A DNA stretch of 64,000 nucleotides from positions 21,266,001 through 21,330,000 of the forward strand of contig NC_087459.1 of the NCBI RefSeq assembly GCF_036321535.1, read 5' to 3'. Origin of the DNA: Camelus dromedarius. Taxonomy: Eukaryota. Under the pieces are notes generated by a model. The model ran no database searches. It was not told the origin of the DNA and was given only the letters and a program-made list of their open reading frames with translations. A program made the position numbers and the translations under genes. Below are positions 10,901 to 23,900 of the stretch, piece by piece (the first letter of the stretch is position 1; the number at the start of each line of letters is the position of its first letter).

Positions 10901-13900
10901 GACACATACAAGTTTGGGAAGAGAGTATGGAATATTTAAAAGCTACATTCTGCATTAGACCTGGATCCAAGTTCTAGCTTTACTACTTACTCACTGTGTG
11001 GTCTTGGGCTAGTCACTAAATTCCTCTAAGCCTCAATTTCCTCATTTGTAAGATGCAGAGAAAAACAATATCTACCTAAGAGATTATATGAAATAACACA
11101 AAGCAGGGACACAGTTAAGTGACAGCAATTATTATCCATAAAATAAAATAAAGAACAAATACACTTCCCTGTCTCCTTAGAAGCAACTGTGTGAGTTTCC
11201 TTCTACCAGACTCTAGAGAGCCTTTGGACCATCTGCAATTTCCTCTACCTCCTCCTCCCTGAAATCGCCCCAGATTAACAAACAAAGGAAGCTTTCCTTG
11301 CACTGTTCGCTCACTGTTCTGTCAGAGCTTCGCACTCAAGATACCCCCTCAGTCCTGAAACAGTTACTCGTGGGAGCCAGTACCAGGAAGTGAGTGGAGT
11401 GGAAGAAAGAGCTTGGGTGTCAGACAGACTTAAGCTCAAATCCCAGTTCTGTTCCTTAGAAGTTGGGGAGTCTTGGCAAGTGATAACCTAATTCTCTTTC
11501 CTCTCTGTAAAAAGGAATGCCACCACTTACATCACAAAGTTATGAGAGGACTATTGAGAAACTGCATATAAAGGACTGTTAAATGGGAGGTTTAATGTTA
11601 GTTTCTCTGGTCCTAGAAGCTCCTTAAACAGAAAGATCATTTCTCATTAATCTCTATCATAAGTCAATTTCAAACTCTACTAAAGGCCAGGAAGAGTAAG
11701 ATACCTTTCCCGCCCTTAAAAGGCCACAAGCTAGCAGGGAAGATAACTGCAGTATGGTGAGGGAAATGCAATGACAAGGATGCACAGAAAAGGCACTAAT
11801 TGGAGTACGGGCAATGGATATCAGGGAAAGCTTCCTGGAGGAAGGAACATCTGAGGTAAGCCATGAAGGAGAGTAGAACATACCAGGAAAAGACAGAGAG
11901 AAGGGCATTTCTGGCTGATGGTATAGCCTGAGTATGAAGGGAAAAAGACTTCAATCACTTCGACAGGATCACAGCACATGGTGAGAAGTGGAAAAGAAGA
12001 CCTGAGAGGCAGGCAGAGCCAGATAATAGGAGCCTGTGTTCAGGCTAAAGCACTTGGATTTTATCTGGTGGACAGTAGCCACTAAAAGGTTTTAAGGTAA
12101 CGTGTGCCACAGTCAGCCTTGCCTCAGAAGTAGATTCTGTCAGCATGTAAGATGGATTTTAAAGGACAAAATCACAAAACACAGAATCAGCACCCAGCAC
12201 AGTGCCTGGTACACAAGAGGGGCTCACTAAAATCCAATTCAATCCAAGTTCCTTAGGGCAGCATAGTATTAAGGAGAGTGCTGTTGGTCACAGAGATCCG
12301 AATTATTTGAGTGGGGCAATTCACTCAGTTGCTCTAATCCTGTTTCTTCACCTATTAATTTGACACAATAATGCATCCATCATGCATGGGAAAGCACCAG
12401 AGTCAAATTTCAGTTGCCCACCCCACACAGGACTGTGAATATTGGTGCTCAAAGATTTTACGAATTTCTTGTTGGATTATAAACCCTGCCTAGAATATCC
12501 TCCCACAGGGCTTCCCCCAACACCAGGCAGGCAGGTCCCCCTGATCCCAACACGCAGAGCCATGACTAAATCCTACTCATTCTTCAGATTCATCAGCTCA
12601 GTTGAATTCCCAGACTGGGCAAGATTCCTTCCCTAGGTGTTCACAAAACCCTGTGATGATCTCTAGGCTAAATGTAACATATTATATTGAAACCAACTGT
12701 TTAAGTATTTGTCTCTCCCTCTAGATGATGAGCACCTTGAAACAACCATTCTATCCTTAGTACCCAGCATAGGGCCTGGCACTGGGGGTCTCAGGTGATG
12801 CTGTTAAAGGGGTACAGGAACAATGGGCAGGATCCAAAGAGAGGGAAGGAAGAAGCCAGAAGCAATCACACCCCCACCTTAGGAGTGACTCAGGCCCCTG
12901 GAGGGAACTAGGAAAGAGTAAGCCGGGCTGAGGAGATGAGGAAATGGGGAAGAGGCCTCCCCCACCTCCTTTCCTTCAATGAAAACACAAGACTGCCTTT
13001 CTCTGTTTCACAGAGGGGCCTTGCCTTCAGAGTGTCCCCTCCATCCAGACATCCCCATCTCACCACCCTATCAGACCAAGGGTTATGGGGAAGAGAAGGT
13101 GCCTCCATCCCTCCACACTTTCCCCCTAAGGCACCAAAGATCTCCACCAGAACCCCTGTCCAGCCAGCCCTCCAGAATATCTGGCCTGTGGCTGGAGTTG
13201 CCCATTGAAGAGCTGGGACAACCTAAGATATCATCTCATTCAACTTTTCACCTCATAGAGGAGGAAAGTGAGGCAGGGAAATGAGGAAGACACTAAGTCA
13301 AGGGCACACAACACACCAAAAGCTTAAGCAAGGCTTAGGCTCAGATCCAGAACTCCAGACACCTGGTCTGAAACCCTAACACGCCAGTGCCAAAGAAACC
13401 TCAGGATGCTCTAGGCAAGACAGATTGCTAAGAAGCCCACTCCCACTAATCACCCCCTGGATCCTCAGAAGAGGATGGGCTGCCAGAGTATGGGCAAGAT
13501 GTATCATTTCCTCCTCCCCCAACCTCTGCTTCCCTGAAGCAGTCCTACTGGGTGCCCACTGGGTACTCACAGGCTGCCGGAATACTGGCTGCCCCCCAGG
13601 AAGCCATACTTGTCCGTCTTGCGCAGAGCCAGCCCANNNNNNNNNNNNNNNNNNNNNNNNNNNNNNNNNNNNNNNNNNNNNNNNNNNNNNNNNNNNNNNN
13701 NNNNNNNNNNNNNNNNNNNNNNNNNNNNNNNNNNNNNNNNNNNNNNNNNNNNNNNNNNNNNNNNNNNNNNNNNNNNNNNNNNNNNNNNNNNNNNNNNNNN
13801 GTTTTCAGCAGGCTCTGGAGCTGGGGTCACGGTCACGACAGCTACCAGAGCCTCACATGTCCCTGGAGGGCCTGTTCCAGGCCCTGAGGGGTCCTCTGGA

Positions 13901-14514
13901 GCCTGTCCTGTTGATGCTGATGTTGCTGCTGCAGCTCCATGTCCACTTGTCACCTGTCCTGCTGTCACTGCTGCAACCCGTGAAGTCACTCCTGAGGCCA
14001 CTGTGGTTCCCGACTTGGGGGCAAGCGGGGGTTTGGAGGTCAGGGCCCCAGGAGCCGTTCTGGAAGAGGTCCTGGTGGGGTTCCCGGTAAGGGTACCTGG
14101 TCCAGGCGCGGGTGAGATTCCGGCCTCCTCCGTCTTTGGAGAGTCTGCCCCTGGGGCCAGAGCCTTAGACATCTCGGCTCCTGCCACAGCCTGGGGCGCC
14201 AAGGGCTCTGGACCGGAGACCTGCACCTTCGGGGCTTCGGGTGAGGCCTCCAGAGTCAGCACCACCACCGTGCTGCCTGTGACCATCGGACCCGAGGCCA
14301 AGGCCGAGGCCTGGGTCGGACCCGGTACCCATGCGGGCTGCGCCTCCCCGGGGGCAACCAGAGTGACCGGGGCCGAAATGGCCGTGGTCACTGGCGGCCC
14401 CGGAGCCACCACCACGACGGACCCAGCCCGGGAGCTGCGGGGCGGCGGCGAAGGGGCCGCGGGGGCGCCATGACGGCGCGGCGGGGCCACCAGAGGCGCC
14501 GGGCCGGTCTCCAT
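4932..14514 (-). CDS. TBC1D10B: TBC1 domain family member 10B (Rab-GAP, EPI64B), about 805 aa
   Basis: Exons (minus): 14514-13571 ([16 protein letters not shown]..., contains an N-run), 10625-10526, 10220-10113, 10012-9906 ([19 protein letters not shown]), 6863-6749 ([17 protein letters not shown]), 6622-6557, 6352-6163, 5813-5659, 5564-4932 (ends QDAYF*). Total 2418 nt, phases consistent. Confidence 0.97.
5045..5195 (-). repeat. Coding charged heptad repeat (QEKERQK-like, 7 QEK units) in the TBC1D10B C-terminus
   Basis: Translation [52 protein letters not shown]; roughly 21-nt periodicity in the DNA. Confidence 0.9.
7990..9390 (+). mobile_element. L2 LINE remnant in a TBC1D10B intron (ends approximate)
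   Basis: Pyrimidine-rich L2-like body ending in an L2-type 3' terminus (ggacctggctgatagcatgtgcttgataaatatctgctgaaaggatgaa). Recognised by eye. Confidence 0.6.
10960..11100 (+). mobile_element. MIR SINE remnant
   Basis: MIR core-like sequence: ctgtgtggtcttgggctagtcactaaattcctctaagcctcaatttcctcatttgtaag. Confidence 0.6.
11690..12170 (-). mobile_element. L2 remnant (ends approximate)
   Basis: Purine-rich antisense L2 signature, e.g. cagggaaagcttcctggaggaagg. Confidence 0.5.
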
Positions 14515-15620
14515 GGCCGCGGGCCGCCCCTCACATCCCCCCGCCGGGGCGGCCGCAAGAGGCGCCGCCCCTCAGGCCGCTCCGCGCCGCCTGCCGAGAA
14601 AGGGGAGAGGGCGAAGGGCGCGGCCCGGCGCGCGCTGGGGTCAGGGGCGGCGCGCGGGCAGCTGCCAAGCGCGCGGAGGCGGGGCAGGGGTCCGGGGATG
14701 CCAGGCGTCGGGGTCTCCCTCTCGCTCTCTCACCCGTCTCGATCTCTCGCCGCCGCCCCCTCCCTCCCGCTTCGGGCGAGCAGCCGACCTCGCGCCTGCG
14801 CATACGCCCCGGTGCCGGCCAAGCGGCCAGCGTTTCGGCGTTCCACGCCTGCGCGCGGGCGGTCCCATCGCGCTCCTTTTTCCTCCCGCCTCGTCAGAGG
14901 GCTCAGACGAATAATAGGAGAGAGGGAACTGGGTTTCTACCAATCGTTGGAAGGGTGGGTGGGGTTGGAGGTGGGAAGGGGGTGGGTAATTTAGGAAGAG
15001 GAAATGGAGAAGGCGGAGGGCTCTAAAAGCCAATGAGAGGGCGCGTGAAGGCAGGAGGAGGTGGAACGAAGGAAGTAACTAATAGCAAAGCGGGAAGCTT
15101 AACCTCCTGGCCAATAAAGATGGCTGAATAGTGAATGACGGCGGAAGGAGGCGGGTGCTGTGCGAGGAGAGGCAGGGCTGGCTCATAGGAATAATTAAAA
15201 GAGAGCCAATGAAAAGGGAAGTAGGCGGAGGTCAAATTGACAGACAATAATGTCTATTTAGGCAATGACAGACAGTATCCGCTGTCAATAGGAGCTGAGG
15301 AATTGAGGAATTCTTTAGGTCTCCCAAGAAGGTCAGGAAGAAATGACAGCTGAGGGGGGCGGGGGACCAGGGCAAATTTGCGATTAATGTGCCTCAGTAG
15401 CCAATAAGCTCATTCTCTCACTTTAGCAACGGGAGGAAGATAGATAGCTGTATCAGCCAATGGCAGCATCCAAAGAGTAGGGGCGCTGCCAGCAGGCGGT
15501 GCCAGGTCAGGGATATCGGTGACAATCCGAGACAAGCGCGGGAGAGGGGTGACAGTTGGGGACAGGGCGGAGAGAGGGCGGGGGCCGGGAGTATTGGTGC
15601 ATTCCTTAGCCAATAAGAGC
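14180..15620 (-). promoter_or_regulatory. TBC1D10B CpG island and upstream CCAAT/TGACAG-rich promoter
   Basis: CpG island over exon 1. CCAAT at 14940, 15030, 15111, 15206, 15401, 15457 and 15610; ATTGG at 15593; TGACAG/CTGTCA at 15238, 15266, 15282, 15344 and 15550. Confidence 0.75.
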
Positions 15621-18173
15621 GCCGCGCTGCCCTGCCTGAGTCCTTTCTTGGTCCCCATTCTCCATTCAGCTCCCAAGCCCACCACAGATCCAGTGCCCTG
15701 ATAAAGTACTCTCGACCTCCACTCTGTCTCTAAGTCTTAGCCTGGTCCTCAACCAACCCCAGCACTCCAAGCCCAGGCGACTATAACCAGAGCCCTAAAA
15801 TCCTTTAAGCTACTCATCTCTCTGGGTCCGCCATCCCCGGCAGGAATCCCAAACCCCAAGTCCCTCTCTTCAGCCCCAACTATCTGAGCTCCTCCCCAGA
15901 ATCTGGGCTCCAATTCCTGGGACTTCGTCCTCTGAGTGGCCCACCTCCCCTATTCTACTGGGGTCCCAGACCACAAACCATGAATTCCCAATACCATGAA
16001 CTCCCATATCTGTGTTCTTATTCTTTAGGGGATCTAGGACCCGTCCCATCACCTACTTCCCTGTCATTGACACACCTCTCTGTGCTCTGCATTCTCTGCT
16101 AAAAAAACAAAAACAAAAAACAAACAAACAAAAACCAGACCCCAATCTCATCAGCCACCCTTCTCCAGAGGCTACCCTAGACCACAAACACAAAGCCCTG
16201 ACTTTACCAGCCCCTCCTGTCTCTGGTCCCCAGTCCCTGGAGCCCCAGGATTCAAGATTCAGCCTCAGGAGAGCTTCAATTTCCATACAAAGTCCACCAT
16301 CCTGAAATTTCAGTCAAGCCTAGCTCCCAGCTTCCCAATTTTTTGGTTTCTGAGTTCTTTGAGGCACTGCACTCCAAGCTCAGACTCAGATCCTGTGAAC
16401 TCCAGCGTCTGAGATATGTTGCTTCTGATCTCCTTCTCCTCAACTTCCCCACCTTCCATTTGGCTCCAGCTTCCTGAGCACTTCCCCCATTACCTTCTTT
16501 GGAGTTCTCCTCCCCTCCCAGAACCCAGCAATAAGTGGGCTCCTCCCTGGGCCTGGACCCCCATGGTAACCATATAAGGTTAGGCAGCTGTCAGCTAAGG
16601 CAGGGAGGGGCAGTTCAGGAGGCCAAGGGCAGCTGCTAAGTTTAGGGTGGCTCCTTCTCTCTTCTTAGAGACAACAGGTGCCTGGACCCCAGTGCCCAGA
16701 AAAGAACATGTCTTAGAGGCATTGGCATGAGGCTGGAGGAGGGGGAGGGAAGGAGGCAACTTCCTCAGGACATCAGGCCCTAGAGATAGCAGGAGGAGGA
16801 GGAGATGAATGTCCGTGCCAAACTTGGGCCTCCTGGGGCTTCCTCAGCCACTGTTTCCCCAGACCTCCACTGAATGGAATGGACTGGGACACTGAGGCCC
16901 AGATGGGTGGGAGAGGTTACCTCAAAGTCACACAATCAACCTAGCTGGTTCTTGCCCAGATTGGAGAGAGAAGCCATTGGCCCATCCCAGCCACCCAGGA
17001 GGAGGTGACCAATCAGTTTCCCTCTTGGTGTCTTTGACTCTCCCAAGAGTTCCAACTTTCACACTGGTATCCAAAAAAGTGATTATAGACTCTCACTAGA
17101 CCATGTCCTTCTCCTGTTTCAAACTTTTTCAAGGCTTCCAGGGCCTCAGCCTGGCACTGAAGACCCTCCTGTGTCTGACCCCCTGGTATCCTCTGCTCAA
17201 GCCCAACACAATTCTGGGGAGCTAAACACTCCTGATCTTTCACGATTCCAGGCCTTTGCCCATCGGTGCCCTCTGCTTAGCATGCCTGCTCCTCCACTTT
17301 CACCTGACTCACTTCTACTGGCCTCCGTAAATCCATTCCCATACTCCTGGATAGGGCTGCTATGCCCTCTACTTCTGTACTCCTGTCCAGCTGGTGTGTC
17401 ATTTCCGCGGCTAGACTGTAAGTACCACCAAGGCAGGGCCTGAATATTAATTATAATGATTATACTTCACTAACTGTTTTGAAATAGCGTTCACATCCAC
17501 AAGTTCGGGGGTGGGATGGGAATTATGTCCCCATTTTATAGAGGGGGAAACAAGGACCCAGGGAGTTGAAGCAAAAAGCCCAAGATCCCAGAGCAGGCTC
17601 TCTGCTCCAGGCTGTCTAGTCTCTTCATACCTAGTGACTCCATGCTCCAAATATATCCTTATAAAATCCCCCCTCTCCTTGAAGGGGATGTAGAAGAACT
17701 TTCTGATCCTTCAGCTTCCCCAGATGGATCCCTCCCACCTTTAAACTCTACCCCTACCCCTACATATACCTACACTCAACTATGAACTCCACAATGGGGT
17801 AGGGAGATTATATTTGCCAAAGTGCACCCACAAATCACAGCCCAGAGCCTGGCACACTAAATGCTCAATAAACTTACTGGGTTTTAATCTGGGCCCACCC
17901 CACTCATCTCTCTCCTAGTACTGCGCCTTAGCCTGGATCTTCTCTGAACTTTGGTACATTCCAGTCCCCTTCATGGAGAAAGAACATCCCTTCCTGCCCA
18001 AGTCCTAGTGAGACATGCATCCCAAGACCCACTCCCTCCTCCCTCCCTGAGCTCCAGCTGCTGCGGGCCCTCCAAGAAAGGAGAGGCCCTGAGCTGGGCT
18101 ATTTTGGTACCTGGGGTGGGCACCCACAGGGCTAAGGTTACCCTGGTATGTTAAGGGCTCCCTGGGGCAGGAC

Positions 18174-18180
18174 TATATAA
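18174..18180 (+). promoter_or_regulatory. TATA box of MYL11
   Basis: TATATAA about 85 nt upstream of the ATG at 18260. E-box CAGCTG near 18055 and an AT-rich CTATTTTGG near 18098. Confidence 0.75.
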
Positions 18181-18259
18181 CTCCAGAGGGACCGCCCCAG
18201 GCTGACTCTCTGCTCCTTTCCAGCCAGAGCCACTGCCTTGCCCCCAGGAGACCTAAAAC

Positions 18260-20352
18260 ATGGTGAGTGAGAATCCCCCAGCCCTTCCCAGATCCCTCAG
18301 ACCTCAGGGCAGCCTCAGCCTTTGGAAGAAAGTAGCTGGTTCCCAGTCAGCAAGAGAAAAAAAAGATGAATCTTCCTTTTCTTGGTATCACTAAGGGGAA
18401 TGTCCAGAATGATACCCTGAAGGACCAAACCAAGAGTAATCTGCCCAGACACTCCACCCACAGGAACCCAGTCCCTCTCAAAGCATGCATCATACCTTCC
18501 TGCACTCCATCTTCCTAAAACCCCCTGGGACCAGCCAGGCAGGGATTCTCACTCCCATTCTATAAATGAGAAAGTAGACGTTCAGACAAGGTGAATGAGT
18601 GGATCAGGGTCACACAGCAAGTCTGTGAGGAGGCAGGCTCAGGGCACTGAGACGGGGAGGTACGTTCCAATTGTTGGCTAGGATGGAAGGATGGAGACCT
18701 GAGGGCTATGGATAGGAATTTGGGATACAACTGAAGCAAGTCCCCTCAGCAAAGAGGTCCTAAGGAAGGGGAAGTCTAGAGCCAGAAGTTACTTTAGAAG
18801 AATGGACTCAAAGAACCCTGAATCTAATCCATTGCCTCCAGAGAGGAGTAGGGATTGGCCCATGAGCCCTTCTGCCCCACCTTAACCCCTCAGGCACCCA
18901 AGAAGGCCAGAAGAAGGGCAGCAGCAGAGGGCGGAAGCTCCAATGTCTTCTCCATGTTCGATCAGACTCAGATCCAGGAGTTCAAGGAGGTAAGTGTGGG
19001 AAGAAAGGAGAATGAAGGCTGATCAAAGGCACCCCCTGCTGCCCCTCCTCCCCCCCCCCCCAGAATGTGCACCTGTTCTGGGGGGAGGGGAAGAGTTTAG
19101 AATTCCTTTTTCCCCTCTCTGCTTGGAGTGTAAGAGTGTGGCTGGCTGGGGGCCCAGAATCTGATCTGCCTGGGGTAAGGATGCTGCAGCCTAGCCATAG
19201 GGATCCTAACCTCCCTACTCCTGCCCTCCACAGGCCTTCACGGTAATCGACCAGAACCGTGATGGCATTATTGACAAGGAAGACCTGCGGGACACCTTCG
19301 CAGCCATGGGTGAGCCTCCTACCCAACCAGCAACCAGTAAAGATTCAAGGCTGCAGAGTCATGGGAATTCAGCAGCCTCGTGTTCCAGCCCTGCTGGATC
19401 CACACTGGGCCTCAGTTTACCCATATGAAAAATGGGTGGGATGATGTGAATTCATGGGAAGCATCATCCTCTGGCCCCAAGACCCCACTCCAGCCCATGC
19501 TTCCCCCATCCTAATCCAGGGCGTCTGAATGTGAAGAATGAGGAGCTAGATGCCATGATGAAGGAAGCTAGCGGACCCATCAACTTCACTGTCTTCCTGA
19601 CCATGTTTGGGGAGAAACTCAAAGGTGAATGAAGTATCCCGGGTCCAAGCCCCCAGCTGTCTCTCCCTAGACCTTTCAGGCACTGACCCCTTAGCAACCC
19701 TTCAGCTTCATGTGCCCTCTGACCCCCAGGTGCTGACCCTGAGGATGTGATCACTGGAGCCTTCAAGGTCCTGGACCCTGAGGGGAAGGGCACCATCAAG
19801 AAGAAATTGTAAGTGACCCCCTCCAGCTGTTCTCACACAGAAAGCATCCTTAAATCCTACAAAGAGTTAGGCATTGCCAGGGATGAGGGAGAAATTAGGA
19901 CTGTGGAAGTGGGCAAGGATTAAATTTTCACAGCACATATAGGGAAGGGCAAAAGGAGGGAGGCCAGAGTGTTTGGGAGACCAATGAGGAATCCAGAGTG
20001 AGCCTGGTTTTCAAGGCGAGACTGGGAGTAGCAATAGGGATGAGATGGGAGGTAGTAGAAAGGCCTCACCAAGCCCAATCTCAACTCCCTGTATGTCGCC
20101 TCTCTCCAGCCTGGAGGAGTTGCTCACCACGCAGTGTGACCGCTTCTCCCAGGAAGAGGTGAGTGGGGGAGGGGCCCAAGAGAAGTCGAGGGATGGGGGA
20201 GGGTGGCCTAAGAACCGGTTGGAGATACCATGACACCTTTTCCCCAGATCAAGAACATGTGGCAGGCCTTCCCCCCTGACGTGGGCGGCAACGTAGATTA
20301 CAAGAACATCTGCTACGTCATCACGCATGGCGACGCCAAGGACCAGGAGTAG
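18260..20352 (+). CDS. MYL11: Myosin regulatory light chain, fast skeletal muscle (MYLPF), 170 aa
   Basis: Exons: 18260-18262 (ATG), 18894-18989 ([32 protein letters not shown]), 19234-19309 (EF-hand [13 protein letters not shown]), 19520-19624, 19730-19808, 20110-20158, 20248-20352 (...[10 protein letters not shown]). AATAAA at 20419-20424. Confidence 0.98.
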
Positions 20353-20946
20353 GGGGTTCTCTTAGGCCTCTGCTGGCCAACGCCTTCCTGCCAGTTCGAC
20401 TCCCCCACCCCGACTCCTAATAAATTGTACTGGTCTTGTTTCTTATCCGCGGCGCCTTCAGTGCATTTGTGCGAGCGGGACTCAGGTGGGAGGCTGGACT
20501 GAAACACTGGCTGGCTCTAAACGAGTACCCAGCAAATGAATGAATAAATAGTGGCCCAGAAGCCTGGGTGGAGCGGTTCCATCCGCTACGCCCGCCACTT
20601 ATTCCCGCTGGGAAAGAGAAGAGGTGCGAAGCCTCAAAGAAACTAAGTTTTTATTGATGTCTCAGCTTCAGTGAAGTGGAGCAGGGTTATGGGGAGTAGG
20701 GGCTGGAAGTGAAGCTCGGGCTCTTTAAGTGGACGGGGCGGGGCCAAGGCGGTGTCGGGGGCGGAGCCAAAGGCGGGGCTACAAACTCCAAGATTGGGAG
20801 AAATTGTTAGCCGGTGAATCCCTTGCAAGGGAGGGCTTTACAGTCCGGGGCTCCGGGATTAGGAGCCAGGCAGCCTGGGGCTCGGGGATCGGACAAGAGA
20901 CGAACTGAAGGCGGAGGTGAGGTAAAGTAGGGCCCCGGCGGGGGCC

Positions 20947-23900
20947 TCAGAGAGCGTCCGACTGCTCGCCTTGAGCATGGTTCTGCTGCATCTGGGCCTG
21001 CATCTTCTCCAGCATCTCCTGCATGCGGCGCAGCTGTACAGGGCAAGATTGCAGGCGGTGGGACCGGGCGAGGCCAGAGAGGGACTTCGAAGAGGGCTTG
21101 GGGCCCTGGTCGCGGGGGAAGCTAGGTGCTTGCTCACCTCTTCGTCTTTCTCGCGGATCAACTTCTCCGTCTCCGCCAGAGGCAGCATGGGCAGCGGGAT
21201 CTCTGTGGCGCTCTGGCGGGAGAGCTTACTACGGGGTGTGGGAAAGGGGCAGGAATCAATCAAGGGCTAGAGGCGCGGTTGTGGGTCACGGCCGCGAGGC
21301 AGAGCCTAGGCTTTGGCTGGGGTCCAGAAGGTGGACACATGTCCTTCGGGTTAGGGCCTTAAAGCCGTAAGCAAAGTGGGTGAGAAAAGATTCTAGGAGA
21401 GAGGTCTGGAAAGTGAAGGCTGGTAAGGGCGGGGCCTTGCAAGCACCTAGGAGTCAGCTCCCGCTCTCACCTCCGGCTGGCTCGATCACGCGCCCCGGGC
21501 CGGGCCAGGCTCTGTAGGCAGCGGGCACGGTAGCCCTCATAGAGCAGATCGTGCGTCACCTCCTTCAGGTCCTGCAGGTGTGTCTGTACCAGCATCCGTC
21601 GCAGGTTCAGGAAATCGCAGTGATGGGGGTTCTCCACTGGGGGGCGGACCGGCGAGCGTCAGGGAGCTTGTGGTCCAGCCTCATCAGCTGGGTCGGGTCG
21701 CCCCAAAGCCCTGCCGCCGCTGTAGCCGAGGGTCCGCAGTTTGCTGCCCAAGGACCCCTCTTTCGGCTCCTAGGATCCCTGGGACCAGAGCTTGCCCCAA
21801 CTTCACATGTTGGATGTGGCTGACTTGGAGACGGCCTGGGCTGCTTGCTGGCCTCAGAACACATGTCCCGGCTTACTCACCCTCCACGGTGCCCCAGGAG
21901 TAGCGTCGTCCCCTCACCGGTCGGGGCCCGTCATCCCTCACTACTTCACATGAACCGACGACTGCGAAAGGAATGCTTTCCTAGAGGGCAGTAGTCAGGG
22001 AATCATCCTTGGCCCCCCTTGGGCAGAAACTTCTTAGCTCCCACTTCCACATCTGCCTCCCCTGCTTCTCTGCCCCTTCCTCCTTTGCCTCTGCACCTTC
22101 ATCTCTGCATCCTGCCTCTTGAAGTCTTCATCTTCATCAGAGTCACAATCAGGGAACTGGTAGATGTTGATCTCCTCCTCCCTCAACTGGTCCCGGATCT
22201 TAAAAAAGACAGATGCAGAGATAGTGAGAAACACAGAGGCTGTAAGCCACAGAAATTACATGACCACAGAGAGTGAGATACAGATACAGATAGGGGTTGG
22301 TAGAGACAGAGGAAGACATGAAAGACACAGATGGTGAGATGGATATACAGGATGACTGAAAACAAAATCTCAAGACAATGAAAGGCAGAGACCTAGATGA
22401 TGCAAAACTGAGACAAACAGTTACCCTAACAGGGAAGACAGATGCCTGGGAAGTTTCTAAGAAGTGCAGACACCAAAAGACCAGGAGAGAAAAACATAAG
22501 CAGGCACATGGGAGAGGGCTCCAAAGACACTGGGGCTGGGAAGGTGGTCAGCACCCCGGGGCAGAGAGATAAAAGGGGGTCATCATGTCTATGTCCCTGC
22601 CCTCATACAGGCCTTAGCCAAGCATCCAGTCTAGGGATTCTATTCTGAGCCTCCAGAGACATGGCTCCCTTAGGCAGCTTATGTCCCACCTTTCTCAGAA
22701 ACCTCCCACAATCTAGCCTGACACATCAAGCTCCAAAAAGGCTACCCCAAGATCAAAGAAGTCAAAAGCTGAGTATGGGTTTGATCATGACTTCTGGCTT
22801 CATGTGGGGCCAAAGGTCAGAGGCCACCACACACACCTTCTGCTTGAGGGCCTGTGTTTCCTTAGGCATCAGGGCATCTGCTTTGCCAATGACCGGAATG
22901 ATGTTGACCTTCTCGTGCACCGCCCGGAGGAAGGCCACATCTAGAGGCCGGAGCCTGCACCCAGGGATTGGTCCCATCTCAGTCTCAGGTACAGAGATCC
23001 CCCCTCATCCCTCCCAAATGCCCCAACCCCCAGGGTGCCCTCCAGACCCCCGGCCAAAGGGTGAGATGAAATAGAGGCAGCAGTGGACACGGGTATCCTG
23101 AATGTTCTTCCGGTTCAGGCCACTCTCATCCCGAAGATACTGCTCAAATTGCTCCTCAATGAAGCGCACCACGGGCAGCCAGCTGGGGCGTGGAGAGAGA
23201 GCAGGCAGTCAGAGATCAGGGACCACAGGCAGGGAAGGGGGCAGGGGAGCCAGGACTGTGGGGGTGGGAAGTAGTTTCTTTGGCTCCAACCAAAGACATC
23301 AGAGGAAACTGGCAGGTGAGATGTCGGAAAGCAATGGGCACTTTGGGCCACAAGGCCACCAGAAATGGGCCCCACCTTTGGGATCAGGGTTGGGGCAGCC
23401 AGGGTAGACCAGCCCTGTATCTAACCCCTCAGTCCCCACAGAATAGCCACATTGGGAAGCTGAGCCCCATACCCTCCCCTACCCCTTACCAGTCTGAACA
23501 ATCCACTGAGTCCCCAAAGCCAGGTGTGTCCACCAAGGTCAGCTTCACTTTAATACCTCCCTCCTCAATTTCCACACCCTGACGCTCGATGGTCAGGGTT
23601 TGTGTCAAGCGGGCTATGAGGATGGGGAGACATCAGGGAGCTAGGTAGGGGTCTGAGGCAGGACTGATTTCCTTAGGCTCTCAGTTGCCCCCACACATTT
23701 TTCAGTGGAGGAGACTGGGTCTCAGAGAAAATCAGAGAGCTGCCTGAGTCCCCCAGAACATCATGGGAGACCCAGATGGGAAGGAAAAGAGTGCAGCCTG
23801 GGGACACAGGAGGGATCAGAGTGCCTGGAGAGTATGGGGTGGGGCTGTCTTACCACTGGCCTCTGGTACTTGCCGATCCTCATAGAGGTTGGTGAGAAAC

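Noticed and set aside
13610-14994. Plus-strand ORFs opposite TBC1D10B exon 1 and promoter
   Set aside because: Antisense shadows of GC-rich coding and promoter DNA, inflated by N-runs.
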